From Alphaproteobacteria bacterium MarineAlpha12_Bin1 (lineage in GTDB: Bacteria > Pseudomonadota > Alphaproteobacteria > UBA6615): a DNA stretch of 64,000 nucleotides. The DNA lies in the NCBI GenBank assembly GCA_002937505.1, contig PTJY01000006.1, positions 54,540 through 118,539 of the forward strand, written 5' to 3'. The notes beneath the pieces were generated by a model. That model worked only from the letters and a program-made list of their open reading frames with translations, ran no database searches and was not told the DNA's origin. The position numbers were made by a program, and so were the translations under genes. Shown here in pieces: positions 1-9,722 of this stretch; the stretch's first letter is position 1; each line of letters begins with the position of its first letter.

Positions 1-1
1 G

Positions 2-256
2 CCTGGACGATTGAGTGGAGGTGAGCAACAGAGAGTTGCTATAGGACGAGCTTTGGCGAACAATCCTAAAATTTTGATTATTGATGAACCAACGGGAAAT
101 CTCGACCCAATAACAGCAAGTAGTGTCTTTGAGCAATTAGTTGAGTTAGTTAAGGAAAATAACATCGCAGCAATTATTGCCACTCATAACATGGACTTAG
201 CTGATAGAATGGATAAAAAGTTGACGCTTAACCAAGGACAAATCTTCTCCACATAA
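2..256 (+). CDS. lolD: ABC transporter ATP-binding protein, C-terminal fragment (5' end outside window); LolD-like by synteny
   Basis: ABC signature [14 protein letters not shown] and Walker [13 protein letters not shown] at the window edge. The position directly upstream of dnaE fits alphaproteobacterial lolD synteny (inference). Confidence 0.6.
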   Translation, partial: PGRLSGGEQQRVAIGRALANNPKILIIDEPTGNLDPITASSVFEQLVELVKENNIAAIIATHNMDLADRMDKKLTLNQGQIFST

Positions 257-317
257 AGTTTTGTTTTCCACAGTATTAATTCCTATCGGATAGAAATTAT
301 GCAGGGTAAGTTTGTAA

Positions 318-3300
318 ATGGAGGGATTGATGATTGCAGACTTTGTTCATCTAAGAGTTCATTCAGCTTATTCGTTAGCTGAAGGAGCCGTGCGCATTGA
401 TGAGCTAATTGATTTATGTAAAAAAAATAAAATGCCTGCAGTTGCTGTTACAGATACTTCAAATTTGTTTGGGGCGTTAGAATTTTCTATTGCCGCCGCA
501 AGAGCGGGCATTCAACCAATTATTGGTTGTCAGCTTTCTATTATATTCGAAGATTCTAATGACTCATATGGGTATCACCAGGACAAGGATAAATTATATT
601 CAGTTAGTGAGTTGGTTGTTTTAGTTCAAACTCAGGTTGGTTATCGAAATCTTTTGCATTTAGTGTCGAAATCGTATTCGACTGAAGACACCTTGAGAAG
701 AGGTAAACTTTCGTATGATGATCTATTAGATAATACTGAAGGGCTAATAGCATTGACTGGTGGAGCCAATGGAGAAATTGCTCGCTTAATAGAAAATAAA
801 CAAAATCAACTAGCTAAACGTTCTATGGCATCCTTAATGGAGCTATTTCCTGAAAGATTATACGTAGAAATTCAAAGACATAATTTAGAGAAACAAACTA
901 AGAGTGAAAAGTCGCTCATTGAGCTTGCTTACTCGTTAAATCTGCCATTAGTAGCTACTAATGAAGTTTTTTATACTGAAAAAAACATGTATGAGGCACA
1001 TGATGCTTTATTATGCATATCGCAGAGTGCCTATGTATCGCAGTCAGAAAGACGACGAGTTACATCTGAGCACTATTTTAAATCTGCGGATGAGATGAAA
1101 GAGACTTTTTCTGATTTGCCTGAGGCAATTCAGAATACAATGGTTATCGCGCAGAGATGTTCGTTTATGCCTATCGCAAGTGATCCTAAGTTGCCTCCTT
1201 TCAAAACTAACTCAACTTCCGATGAAAACAACATCTTACGTGAGCAAGCTAATTTAGGGTTAAAAGAAAGAATTCTCCAACACGTTCATGATGACCAAAT
1301 GGACTATAAGGAAAAAGAGGTGGTTGCAGAGCCCTATTATAAAAGATTGAAATATGAGCTGGATGTTATTGAGGACATGGGTTACTCAGGATATTTTCTT
1401 ATCGTCGCGGATTTTATTAAATGGTCTAAATCTAATGGAATTGCGGTGGGGCCAGGTCGTGGATCAGGGGCAGGTTCCGTAGTTGCTTGGGCATTAACAA
1501 TTACTGATTTAGATCCTTTAAAATGGGGCCTTTTTTTTGAACGCTTTCTTAACCCGGAACGAGTCTCGATGCCTGATTTTGACATTGATTTTTGTCAAGC
1601 GCGCAGAGATGAAGTAATACGATACGTCCAAGAGAGGTACGGACAGGATCGCGTAGCTCAAATAATTACCTTTGGCAAACTTCAGGCAAGAGCTGTTGTT
1701 CGCGATGTCGGTCGTGTTCTTGAAATGCCTTATGGCATGGTTGACCGTATAGCTAAGATGATACCAGCGAATCCTGCTAATCCAGTTTCACTTGAACAAG
1801 CAATTAATCTAGAGCCTCAATTAAAAGATCTTAGGGTAAGTGATGAGAATGTAGGGCATTTACTTGATTTAGCCCTAAAGTTGGAGGGGTTATATAGAAA
1901 TTCTTCTACTCATGCAGCGGGTGTTGTAATCGGAGATCGACCATTAGAGCAAAGTATTCCACTTTATAGAGATCCTCGATCAGACACATTAGCAACACAA
2001 TTTTCCATGAAATACGTAGAATTGGCAGGGTTAGTTAAGTTTGATTTTCTAGGATTGAAAACTTTAGATGTAATACAAAAAACACTTTCATTATTGTCGA
2101 ATAAAAATATTGAAATTGATCTTGAAAGAGTTCCTCTTGACGATTTGCAAACGTTCGAAATGCTTGGTCAAGGAGATACGACAGGAGTCTTTCAATGTGA
2201 GTCTTCCGGAGTACGTGATGTACTGAGAAAGCTTAAACCTGATAGATTCGAGGACATAATAGCCGTAGTAGCATTATATAGGCCTGGGCCTATGGATAAC
2301 ATACCCAGTTATATAAGCCGTAAGCATGGTATTGAAAAAGTTGATTACCTACATGAAAGTCTTGAGGAGTGCTTAAGCGAAACTTATGGCATTCCAATAT
2401 ATCAAGAACAGGTAATGCAAATGGCCCAAAAGTTAGCTGGGTTTACACTTGGTTCTGCTGATCTATTGCGTCGCGCTATGGGAAAAAAGATAAAATCAGA
2501 AATGGATGCACAAAAAGATGCGTTCGTATCTGGAGCGACAAAGAGAAGTGTTGATGAAGGAACAGCCATTCGTATTTTTGATACTATAGCTAAGTTTGCA
2601 GGATACGGTTTTAATAAAGCACATGCTGCTGCTTACGCTCTAATTGCGTATCAAACAGCTTATCTAAAGTCTAATTATCCAGTAGAGTTCTTTGCTGCTT
2701 CTATGTCTCTCGACATTAATAACACTGATAAATTAGCACTTTATCAACAGGAGTTAGAAAACCAATCTATATTGCTTCTCTCTCCGGATATTAATTACTC
2801 TGAAGTTGAGTTTTCTGTGGAACAAATTGATAAGACGACTATCAGAGGAAAAAAATACATTGGAGCGATACGCTATGCTTTGGCTGCAATAAAGGGCGTT
2901 GGTCCATCCGCAATGGAAATATTAGTTCAGGAAAGAGAAGAACATGGCGAGTTTGAAAATGTTTATGACTTGGCCAATAGATTAAATTCTCAGGCCCTTA
3001 ATAAGCGTCTTCTGGAGAACATGGTTGGGGCGGGTGCACTAGATTCACTAGATGAAAACCGTGCAGGACTCTTTGTAGGTATAGACAAAATTTTAAACTT
3101 AGCTCAAGCAAAAACAGCTGATCGTGAAAGTGGTCAGTTTAGTTTATTAGGAGAAAATGATGCTGAGGCTACAAAGATAAATCTTTCCTTTGATGCAATG
3201 GAACGGTGGTCACAGGTGGAGATTTTAGAAAAAGAACGTGAGGCTATAGGTTTTTATCTGACGGCTCATCCTTTGGACGAATATACAACACTTCTTGAGC

Positions 3301-3860
3301 GCATGGGGGTTATTCAATACACAAATTTGAAAGAAACGGTTGTTGCTAATGGGGGAGCCATGAGTGCTATGCTTTCGGGGGTGGTTTTAAACGTTCAAAA
3401 ACGCACCTCACAGCGGGGCAGTAGATACGCCTTTGTTCAGTTGTCCGATGCTTCAGGGACCTATGAAACTACAGTCTTTTCGGAAATATTGGCAGACGAT
3501 GCGAATTTATTGGAAGTAGGAGGAAGTCCAGTTTTGCTTAAGGTGGCGGCAAGAATTGATGAGGATCAATTACGTCTAACTGTCCAATCAATAAGTGATT
3601 TGGAGAATGCGACAGCTTCTGCTCCTGTTTTATTAAAAATTTGGATAAATGATTATCAGCCTTTAGGTGATCTCAAATCGTTAGTTGAAGAACATTCGAA
3701 AGTATCAGAAGTGAGTCAGGGTAACGCTACGATTAGCTTGATGATACCCTCTGAAAGTAGAGAAGTTGAGGTAAGACTTGATGGTGCATACCTGTATAAC
3801 AGGCAAATATATGATTCTATTAAAAGAATACCTGGTGTAATTCAAGTCCAAGAGACCTAG
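318..3860 (+). CDS. dnaE: DNA polymerase III subunit alpha
   Basis: 1180-aa ORF with PHP N-terminus FVHLRVHSAYSL, core motifs GYSGYFLIVADFI, PDFDIDF, GVFQCESSG and YRPGPM, and an OB-fold C-terminal region. Alternative start ATG 330 lies just after GGAGGG. Confidence 0.97.
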   Translation: MEGLMIADFVHLRVHSAYSLAEGAVRIDELIDLCKKNKMPAVAVTDTSNLFGALEFSIAAARAGIQPIIGCQLSIIFEDSNDSYGYHQDKDKLYSVSELVVLVQTQVGYRNLLHLVSKSYSTEDTLRRGKLSYDDLLDNTEGLIALTGGANGEIARLIENKQNQLAKRSMASLMELFPERLYVEIQRHNLEKQTKSEKSLIELAYSLNLPLVATNEVFYTEKNMYEAHDALLCISQSAYVSQSERRRVTSEHYFKSADEMKETFSDLPEAIQNTMVIAQRCSFMPIASDPKLPPFKTNSTSDENNILREQANLGLKERILQHVHDDQMDYKEKEVVAEPYYKRLKYELDVIEDMGYSGYFLIVADFIKWSKSNGIAVGPGRGSGAGSVVAWALTITDLDPLKWGLFFERFLNPERVSMPDFDIDFCQARRDEVIRYVQERYGQDRVAQIITFGKLQARAVVRDVGRVLEMPYGMVDRIAKMIPANPANPVSLEQAINLEPQLKDLRVSDENVGHLLDLALKLEGLYRNSSTHAAGVVIGDRPLEQSIPLYRDPRSDTLATQFSMKYVELAGLVKFDFLGLKTLDVIQKTLSLLSNKNIEIDLERVPLDDLQTFEMLGQGDTTGVFQCESSGVRDVLRKLKPDRFEDIIAVVALYRPGPMDNIPSYISRKHGIEKVDYLHESLEECLSETYGIPIYQEQVMQMAQKLAGFTLGSADLLRRAMGKKIKSEMDAQKDAFVSGATKRSVDEGTAIRIFDTIAKFAGYGFNKAHAAAYALIAYQTAYLKSNYPVEFFAASMSLDINNTDKLALYQQELENQSILLLSPDINYSEVEFSVEQIDKTTIRGKKYIGAIRYALAAIKGVGPSAMEILVQEREEHGEFENVYDLANRLNSQALNKRLLENMVGAGALDSLDENRAGLFVGIDKILNLAQAKTADRESGQFSLLGENDAEATKINLSFDAMERWSQVEILEKEREAIGFYLTAHPLDEYTTLLERMGVIQYTNLKETVVANGGAMSAMLSGVVLNVQKRTSQRGSRYAFVQLSDASGTYETTVFSEILADDANLLEVGGSPVLLKVAARIDEDQLRLTVQSISDLENATASAPVLLKIWINDYQPLGDLKSLVEEHSKVSEVSQGNATISLMIPSESREVEVRLDGAYLYNRQIYDSIKRIPGVIQVQET

Positions 3861-3928
3861 TAATACCAAATATTAATACTTTATTATGTTTAATTTTGAT
3901 GTATTCTTTTTTTTGTGTGGAGGACGAC

Positions 3929-4261
3929 ATGTCAATTAAACTTAAAGATAAAATTGAATCCGATCCTGTAATGAGACCAATTGCCAGTTATAAAACTCTT
4001 TTAGATGATGAAAAAACGTGTATTACTTTGTTTACTATAAAGCCAGGAGAACAAACAGGCTGGCACAGACACGAGTATGACTATGTAGCCTTGCAACAGT
4101 CAGAGGGACGATTGCATCTAGACTATGCTGATGGCACATCTCTAGATATTGATTACTCTCCTGGTAAGGCTTTACCTGTGAAAGCTCCCGTTGAGCATAA
4201 TGCCATTAATGTAGGAGATGTAGATATAATCGCTTTAGAGATAGAGTACAAAGCTGGTTAG
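3929..4261 (+). CDS. small cupin-domain protein (function unknown), paralog 1
   Basis: ATG 3929 follows GGAGGA. Cupin metal-site motifs GWHRH and EHNAIN are present, with C-terminus ALEIEYK. The ORF-track start 3896 is judged an upstream extension. Confidence 0.75.
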   Translation: MSIKLKDKIESDPVMRPIASYKTLLDDEKTCITLFTIKPGEQTGWHRHEYDYVALQQSEGRLHLDYADGTSLDIDYSPGKALPVKAPVEHNAINVGDVDIIALEIEYKAG

Positions 4262-4289
4262 GTAAAATTTATTATTAGGAGATAGGTTG

Positions 4290-4628
4290 ATGTCTCAGCA
4301 TCTGGATAAAAAAAACAGGTCAGAAATCCCTGTTGATAAACTTAGTCATTATGAAATTTTACTTGATAATGATACCACAAGAATCACCTTTCACCGAATA
4401 CGTCCCGGTGAGCAATCAGGTTGGCACGTTCATGATACAAATTATGTAGGATATCATATGGAATCTTCACAATTAAGATATGAAAGATCTGATGGATCGG
4501 TGGGTGAGATTCAATCAGAAGCAGGAAAATCATTTTTTTATGAAGTGGGTAAGGGTTTTGAGCACAATGTAACAAATATTGGTGATACTGATATGGTTGC
4601 TTTGGAGATCGAGTATAAAACCATCTAA
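4290..4628 (+). CDS. small cupin-domain protein (function unknown), paralog 2
   Basis: ATG 4290 lies 7 nt after AGGAGA. Motifs PGEQSGWHVH, FEHNVTN and ALEIEYK are present. Roughly 40% identical by eye to the upstream cupin. Confidence 0.75.
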   Translation: MSQHLDKKNRSEIPVDKLSHYEILLDNDTTRITFHRIRPGEQSGWHVHDTNYVGYHMESSQLRYERSDGSVGEIQSEAGKSFFYEVGKGFEHNVTNIGDTDMVALEIEYKTI

Positions 4629-4797
4629 GGTAGTATAGTTCTGTTTTATTTATTCTTTACAGTTAAGTAAATAATTAGGACTGAGGTACTTGCATTTTTG
4701 TCACCATAGAGCTACACCAAATTAACTACTCGATACAAATCGAATAGAATTCACATGCAAGATTGCGGACTTATGGGTTTAAAAATCATAATGTTCG

Positions 4798-4848
4798 CTC
4801 CGGTGCTTCTAGAAGCCGCGTCTTGCAGAGGTTTAACCGGAGAAGGAG
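4798..4848 (+). promoter_or_regulatory. candidate structured rpsB 5' leader (anti-SD CTCCGGT pairing with ACCGGAG next to the SD)
   Basis: A 7-bp complement joins 4798-4804 and 4836-4842. It encloses the perfect palindrome GCTTCTAGAAGC (4805-4816). The SD AAGGAG lies at 4843-4848. Confidence 0.3.
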
Positions 4849-4856
4849 AAACGTTT

Positions 4857-5765
4857 ATGGCGGTTCCTACATTTACGATGAGGCAGCTTTTAGAGGCTGG
4901 CGTCCATTTTGGTCATAATACGAGACGGTGGAATCCGAAGATGGAACAGTATATTTTCGGAGTACGTAACAAAGTTCACATTATTGATCTTCAGCAAACA
5001 GTTCCAATGTTATACGCAGCTCTCAATACCACCCGGGACATTGCTGCTAATGGCGGTAGAGTTTTATTTGTTGGCACAAAACGCGCAGCAGGCGAAATTA
5101 TTGCGGAATCAGCAAAAAAATGTGGTCAATACTATGTGAACCATCGGTGGCTTGGAGGCATGTTGACCAACTGGAAGACTATTTCTAACTCTATAAGAAC
5201 ATTAAGAGATTTGGAAACTCAACTTAGTTCTGACGAGAGTAGAGGGCTAACAAAAAAAGAATTACTTAACCTGACGCGACAAAGGGACAAACTTGAACTA
5301 GCGCTTGGTGGCATTAAAGATATGGGTGGAAGACCCGATATGTTAGTAATTATAGATACAAACAAAGAAGAAATTGCCATAAATGAAGCACATAAACTAG
5401 GTATACCAATTGCCGCTATTATTGATTCAAATTCGAACCCAATGAATATTGATTATCCTATTCCAGGTAATGATGATGCTATGAGGGCAATTCAGTTATA
5501 TTGCGATCTTTTTGCAGGTGCTGTCCTTGATGGTTTACAGCAGGAAATGACTGTGAGTGGTGCTGATGTTGGTGAGTCTGAAGTTTTAATTCCGGAACCA
5601 ACATTACAAGAATCTAAAAGTGAAGAGAAGAATATAGATCATTTACAGGTTGATGCTAGTAGTGAACAAGAAAGTAGTTTGGAAGGTAATCAGCTAAAAT
5701 CTGAGACGTCATCGTCAGAAGACAATTCTTTTCCAGTTAATGATGGTTCTAAGGACACTGACTAA
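4857..5765 (+). CDS. rpsB: 30S ribosomal protein S2 with acidic/Ser-rich C-terminal tail
   Basis: Typical S2 N-terminus [27 protein letters not shown], with ATG 4857 behind AAGGAGA. The in-frame extension back to 4755 is rejected. Confidence 0.95.
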   Translation: MAVPTFTMRQLLEAGVHFGHNTRRWNPKMEQYIFGVRNKVHIIDLQQTVPMLYAALNTTRDIAANGGRVLFVGTKRAAGEIIAESAKKCGQYYVNHRWLGGMLTNWKTISNSIRTLRDLETQLSSDESRGLTKKELLNLTRQRDKLELALGGIKDMGGRPDMLVIIDTNKEEIAINEAHKLGIPIAAIIDSNSNPMNIDYPIPGNDDAMRAIQLYCDLFAGAVLDGLQQEMTVSGADVGESEVLIPEPTLQESKSEEKNIDHLQVDASSEQESSLEGNQLKSETSSSEDNSFPVNDGSKDTD

Positions 5766-5839
5766 TACTACTTATTATTTAAAAAATACATGTATACAAT
5801 CACTTATTAATATTATTTGTTATGGAGCATTAAGTAATT

Positions 5840-6763
5840 ATGGCTGAAATTACGGCTAGAATGGTTAAAGAATTAAGAGATAAGTCTGGCGCTGGTATGA
5901 TGGATTGTAAATCTGCCCTGGTCGAGACCGATGGGGATCTAGATGGAGCAATAGACATTTTGAGAACTAAGGGTCTTTCTGCTGCTGCAAAAAAAGCGGG
6001 TAGAGCTGCCTCCGAAGGACTAATTGGGGTTCAGACTACTGAAACATCAGGAACTATTGTTGAGATTAACTCTGAAACAGACTTTGTTGCCAGAAATGAT
6101 ACATTTCAATCTTTTGTTAGAAACGTAACCAGCCTTGCTCTTGAAGTAGGAGGTGATTTTAACACTCTGAAAAACTCTGACTACGGATCAAGTGGCCGAA
6201 CCGTTGAAGAAGAAGCTACTCAGATGGTAGCTACAATCGGAGAAAATATTAATTTGAGACGCTCAACAGGGTTGGTGGTGGATAAAGGGCTAGTTTCTGA
6301 GTATGTTCATAATAAAGTTTCTGATGGACTTGGAAAAATCGGAGTACTAGTGGCACTAGAATCAGATGCAGGGCCCGACCAGATAAGCCAATTAGGAAAA
6401 AATTTGGCTATGCACATATGCTCAGCTGATCCTCAATCAGTAGATATAGAATCGTTAGATCCTAGAACTGTAGAGCGGGAAAGAAAAATATTATCTGATC
6501 AAGCTCTTGAGTCAGGTAAGAATGAAGAAATTATTAAGAAAATGGTAGATGGACGTATCCGAAAATTTTATCAAGAAAGCGTTCTTTTGGAACAAACTTA
6601 TGTTTTGGATACAGATAAGACTGTAGCTGATGCAATTAAAGAGGTATCTGTTGATGTTGGATCTGACATAGTTGTAAAGGGATATGTACGTTACAATTTG
6701 GGAGAGGGTTTAGAAGCAAAGGAAGATGATTTTGCTGAGGAAGTGGCAAGGTTGTCTGAGTAA
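5840..6763 (+). CDS. tsf: elongation factor Ts
   Basis: N-terminus ITARMVKELRDKSGAGMMDCKSAL and dimerisation/core domains. Follows rpsB as in most bacteria. Confidence 0.96.
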   Translation: MAEITARMVKELRDKSGAGMMDCKSALVETDGDLDGAIDILRTKGLSAAAKKAGRAASEGLIGVQTTETSGTIVEINSETDFVARNDTFQSFVRNVTSLALEVGGDFNTLKNSDYGSSGRTVEEEATQMVATIGENINLRRSTGLVVDKGLVSEYVHNKVSDGLGKIGVLVALESDAGPDQISQLGKNLAMHICSADPQSVDIESLDPRTVERERKILSDQALESGKNEEIIKKMVDGRIRKFYQESVLLEQTYVLDTDKTVADAIKEVSVDVGSDIVVKGYVRYNLGEGLEAKEDDFAEEVARLSE

Positions 6764-6863
6764 ACAACTTTTATTATTCCGATAACGTTTAATTTTGGAC
6801 CAAGCAATCTAAAATACGTTACTAACACTTTTTATATTTTGTTTTCCCTGGAGATCATAGTGG

Positions 6864-7586
6864 ATGACGATAGAATCTAATTACAAACGAGTTTTGCTCA
6901 AGATTTCTGGTGAAGTGTTAATGGGTGATAACAAGTTTGGGCTAGATTCAAAGATCTTGAGTCGTATAGCTCGGGACATCTATGAAGTATGCCAGTCTGG
7001 CGTTCAAATATGTTTGGTAGTTGGTGGAGGAAATATATTTAGAGGTATTTCAGGAGCGGCTTCGGGGATGGATAGGACCAATGCTGATTTTATGGGAATG
7101 TTAGCAACGGTAATAAATGCTCTTGCTTTACAAAATGCGCTAGAAAAAATTGGCTTAGATACACGTGTTCAATCTGCGATACCTATGTCTACTGTATGTG
7201 AACCATATATACGCCGTCGTGCCATTCGTCATATGGAACGTAATCGTGTTGTAATATTTGCTGCTGGAACAGGAAATCCATACTTTACAACAGACACAGC
7301 AGCTGCGCTTCGAGCTTCAGAAATGTCATGTGATTGCTTGATGAAAGGAACTAAAGTAGATGGAGTCTACAGTGCGGATCCGCATAAAAACCCTGATACT
7401 AAAAGATATAGCCGGTTAACGCATTTTGAAGTTTTGAGCCAAGATTTACAGGTAATGGATGCTGCAGCAATTACTCTATGTCGTGAAAATAATATTCCCA
7501 TTATAGTTTTTTCTATACTTAATGAAGGGGAAGTGAATAAAGTTATAACTGGTGATGGTCGCTACACAATAGTTGAAGGAGGATAA
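6864..7586 (+). CDS. pyrH: UMP kinase
   Basis: Motifs [10 protein letters not shown] and [10 protein letters not shown], plus the tsf-pyrH-frr synteny. Confidence 0.96.
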   Translation: MTIESNYKRVLLKISGEVLMGDNKFGLDSKILSRIARDIYEVCQSGVQICLVVGGGNIFRGISGAASGMDRTNADFMGMLATVINALALQNALEKIGLDTRVQSAIPMSTVCEPYIRRRAIRHMERNRVVIFAAGTGNPYFTTDTAAALRASEMSCDCLMKGTKVDGVYSADPHKNPDTKRYSRLTHFEVLSQDLQVMDAAAITLCRENNIPIIVFSILNEGEVNKVITGDGRYTIVEGG

Positions 7587-7590
7587 TAGC

Positions 7591-8145
7591 ATGTCAGCAG
7601 ATCCAGATGATCTAGCGCGCCGCATGGATGGTGCTATAGAATCTTTAAACAAGGAATTTTCTGGTCTTCGCACTGGCCGTGCATCAACGGCATTACTTGA
7701 GAACATATCGATTGAAGCATATGGTGCGAAGATGCCGATGAATCAGGTCGGTTCTATTAGTGTACCTGAGCCGAGGCTACTAACTGTTCAGGTATGGGAT
7801 AACACGCTAGTAAAGGATGTAGAAAAAGCGATACAAGAATCTGATCTTGGGTTAAATCCACAAACAGAAGGTAATCTTATTAGGGTGCCAATACCCGATT
7901 TAAGTGAAGAAAGAAGAATTGACCTGACTAAGGTGGCGTCTAAGTTTGGAGAGCAGGCTCGAGTAGCAGTTCGTAATGTTCGTCGTGATGGAATGGACTC
8001 TTTAAAAAAGAGCGAGAAAGAGGGCAGTATTTCAAAAGACGAGCAGCACACTTTAGGTGAGGACATTCAAAAGCTTACAGATGAACATATTGCTCTCATA
8101 GATGAAATGGTTGCTGAAAAAGAGCAGGAGATTCTTCAGGTTTAA
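7591..8145 (+). CDS. frr: ribosome recycling factor
   Basis: RRF-like sequence ([31 protein letters not shown]). ATG 7591 follows GAAGGAGG. The ORF-track start 7573 overlaps pyrH and is less likely. Confidence 0.95.
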   Translation: MSADPDDLARRMDGAIESLNKEFSGLRTGRASTALLENISIEAYGAKMPMNQVGSISVPEPRLLTVQVWDNTLVKDVEKAIQESDLGLNPQTEGNLIRVPIPDLSEERRIDLTKVASKFGEQARVAVRNVRRDGMDSLKKSEKEGSISKDEQHTLGEDIQKLTDEHIALIDEMVAEKEQEILQV

Positions 8146-8155
8146 TCAAAAGACG

Positions 8156-8884
8156 GTGGTAAAGTTGTCCCAAGATTATTCTCCAAAACATATTGCTATT
8201 ATTATGGATGGCAATGGTAGATGGGCGGAATCGAGAGGTCTTCCAAGAAGTGATGGCCATCGGGCGGGCGTTGATGCTGTAAAAAGAACTGTATTAGAAG
8301 TTCAAAAACTAGGCATAAAATATTTAACGCTATTTGGTTTCAGTTCTGAAAACTGGAAAAGACCAAGTTTGGAAATTGATGATTTAATGTGGCTGTTGCG
8401 CCATTTTTTAAAGAGTGAAACAACACGATTATTGAATAGTAATGTTCGTATTAGAGTGATTGGAGATCGTTCTAACTTTTCTGAAGATATAGTGGATCTA
8501 ATTAATAAAACTGAGGAGTTGACGAATACTAATGATGGTCTACAACTTACGGCAGCATTAAGTTATGGCGGAAGACAAGAGATTGTAGAGGCTGCCAAGT
8601 CTATGGCCATTGATATTCGTGGAGGAGAATTACTACTTGACGATGTTGATCAAAAAAAATTCTCTAATTACCTTTTCACCAAAGATATTCCAGACCCTGA
8701 TTTGCTAATTAGAACTAGTGGTGAACAGAGAATAAGTAACTTTTTACTTTGGCAAATAGCCTATACAGAACTTGTGTTTTGTGATGTGTTATGGCCAGAT
8801 TTTAGCGAACAGAATCTTGCTCTAGCAATAAAAGAGTTTAATAGCAGAGAACGTCGTTTCGGCGAGATTGCTTATAAGAAATAG
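8156..8884 (+). CDS. uppS: di-trans,poly-cis-undecaprenyl-diphosphate synthase
   Basis: Motifs HIAIIMDGNGRWA and LLIRTSGEQRISNFLLWQ. The start is uncertain: GTG 8156, TTG 8165 (after GGTGG), or ATG 8102 overlapping frr by 44 nt. Confidence 0.92.
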   Translation: MVKLSQDYSPKHIAIIMDGNGRWAESRGLPRSDGHRAGVDAVKRTVLEVQKLGIKYLTLFGFSSENWKRPSLEIDDLMWLLRHFLKSETTRLLNSNVRIRVIGDRSNFSEDIVDLINKTEELTNTNDGLQLTAALSYGGRQEIVEAAKSMAIDIRGGELLLDDVDQKKFSNYLFTKDIPDPDLLIRTSGEQRISNFLLWQIAYTELVFCDVLWPDFSEQNLALAIKEFNSRERRFGEIAYKK

Positions 8885-8888
8885 GATA

Positions 8889-9722
8889 ATGCCGAAGCCT
8901 AATATATCTCTCACAAGACGACTTGAATCCTGCAAAAACTTTTTTGTTCGCTTAATTACTACTTTCGTATTAGTGCCAATTGTTTTGGTTGTAACTTATG
9001 AGGGCGGTTTTTGGTTTATAAGTTTAGTTTCATTAGTAATTGGTATAGCTAGTTTTGAATGGTCAAAATTGTGTGGTGAAACAAGTTTAATATTTAATGT
9101 TTGTTACTCCCTCACAGGTCCAATAATATCGGTAATATATTTTTACTGGGGTTACCAGATCGCGTTGTTGTTTATCATTGTTTTTGCACTGATATATATG
9201 TTTACCAATAATCGCTTAAATCATAACAATATGTGGTTTAGTTTTGGTGTCTGCTATCTCTCTTTACCAATGGTATGCATCATAATGCTAAGGATGGATG
9301 ATTCTATTGGATTAAATTATGTTTTGTTTCTATTTATCGTTGTTTGGATGACTGATATTGGAGCTTATTTTGTAGGTAAGCTAATTGGTGGGTCCAAACT
9401 GATGCCTGCTATAAGCCCTAAAAAGACCTGGTCTGGAGCTTTTGGAGGGCTCGTATTTTCTTTAGTTGGTGCAATAATTTTGGCTTCAATTGTAGAAAAT
9501 CGAGTACCACCTACTTATATGGTATTAGCTATTTTTCTGTCGATTATTTCACAATTTGGAGATCTTTTTGAGTCATGGGTTAAAAGACGTTTCAATAAGA
9601 AAGATTCAGGATTAATTATACCAGGACATGGTGGTATACTTGATAGGATTGATGGACTTTTAACCTCCGCTCCTATAATGCTTTTGACCATTTTATTGCT
9701 GAAGGATATTGCGTTCTTGTGA
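8889..9722 (+). CDS. cdsA: phosphatidate cytidylyltransferase
   Basis: Polytopic membrane protein with C-terminal signature SWVKRRFNKKDSGLIIPGHGGILDRID. ATG 8889 lies just after the uppS stop. Confidence 0.93.
   Translation: MPKPNISLTRRLESCKNFFVRLITTFVLVPIVLVVTYEGGFWFISLVSLVIGIASFEWSKLCGETSLIFNVCYSLTGPIISVIYFYWGYQIALLFIIVFALIYMFTNNRLNHNNMWFSFGVCYLSLPMVCIIMLRMDDSIGLNYVLFLFIVVWMTDIGAYFVGKLIGGSKLMPAISPKKTWSGAFGGLVFSLVGAIILASIVENRVPPTYMVLAIFLSIISQFGDLFESWVKRRFNKKDSGLIIPGHGGILDRIDGLLTSAPIMLLTILLLKDIAFL

Noticed and set aside
4755-4856. In-frame upstream extensions in the ORF track: rpsB 4755, cupin 3896, frr 7573, cdsA 8868, lpxI 17319, gltX 23534, ppiD 32270, tpiA 32323, kdsA 35218, eno 36167 and pdhA 38082.
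   Set aside because: The extensions add non-conserved residues ahead of canonical N-termini. They often overlap the preceding gene, and the internal ATG has a better-placed SD.
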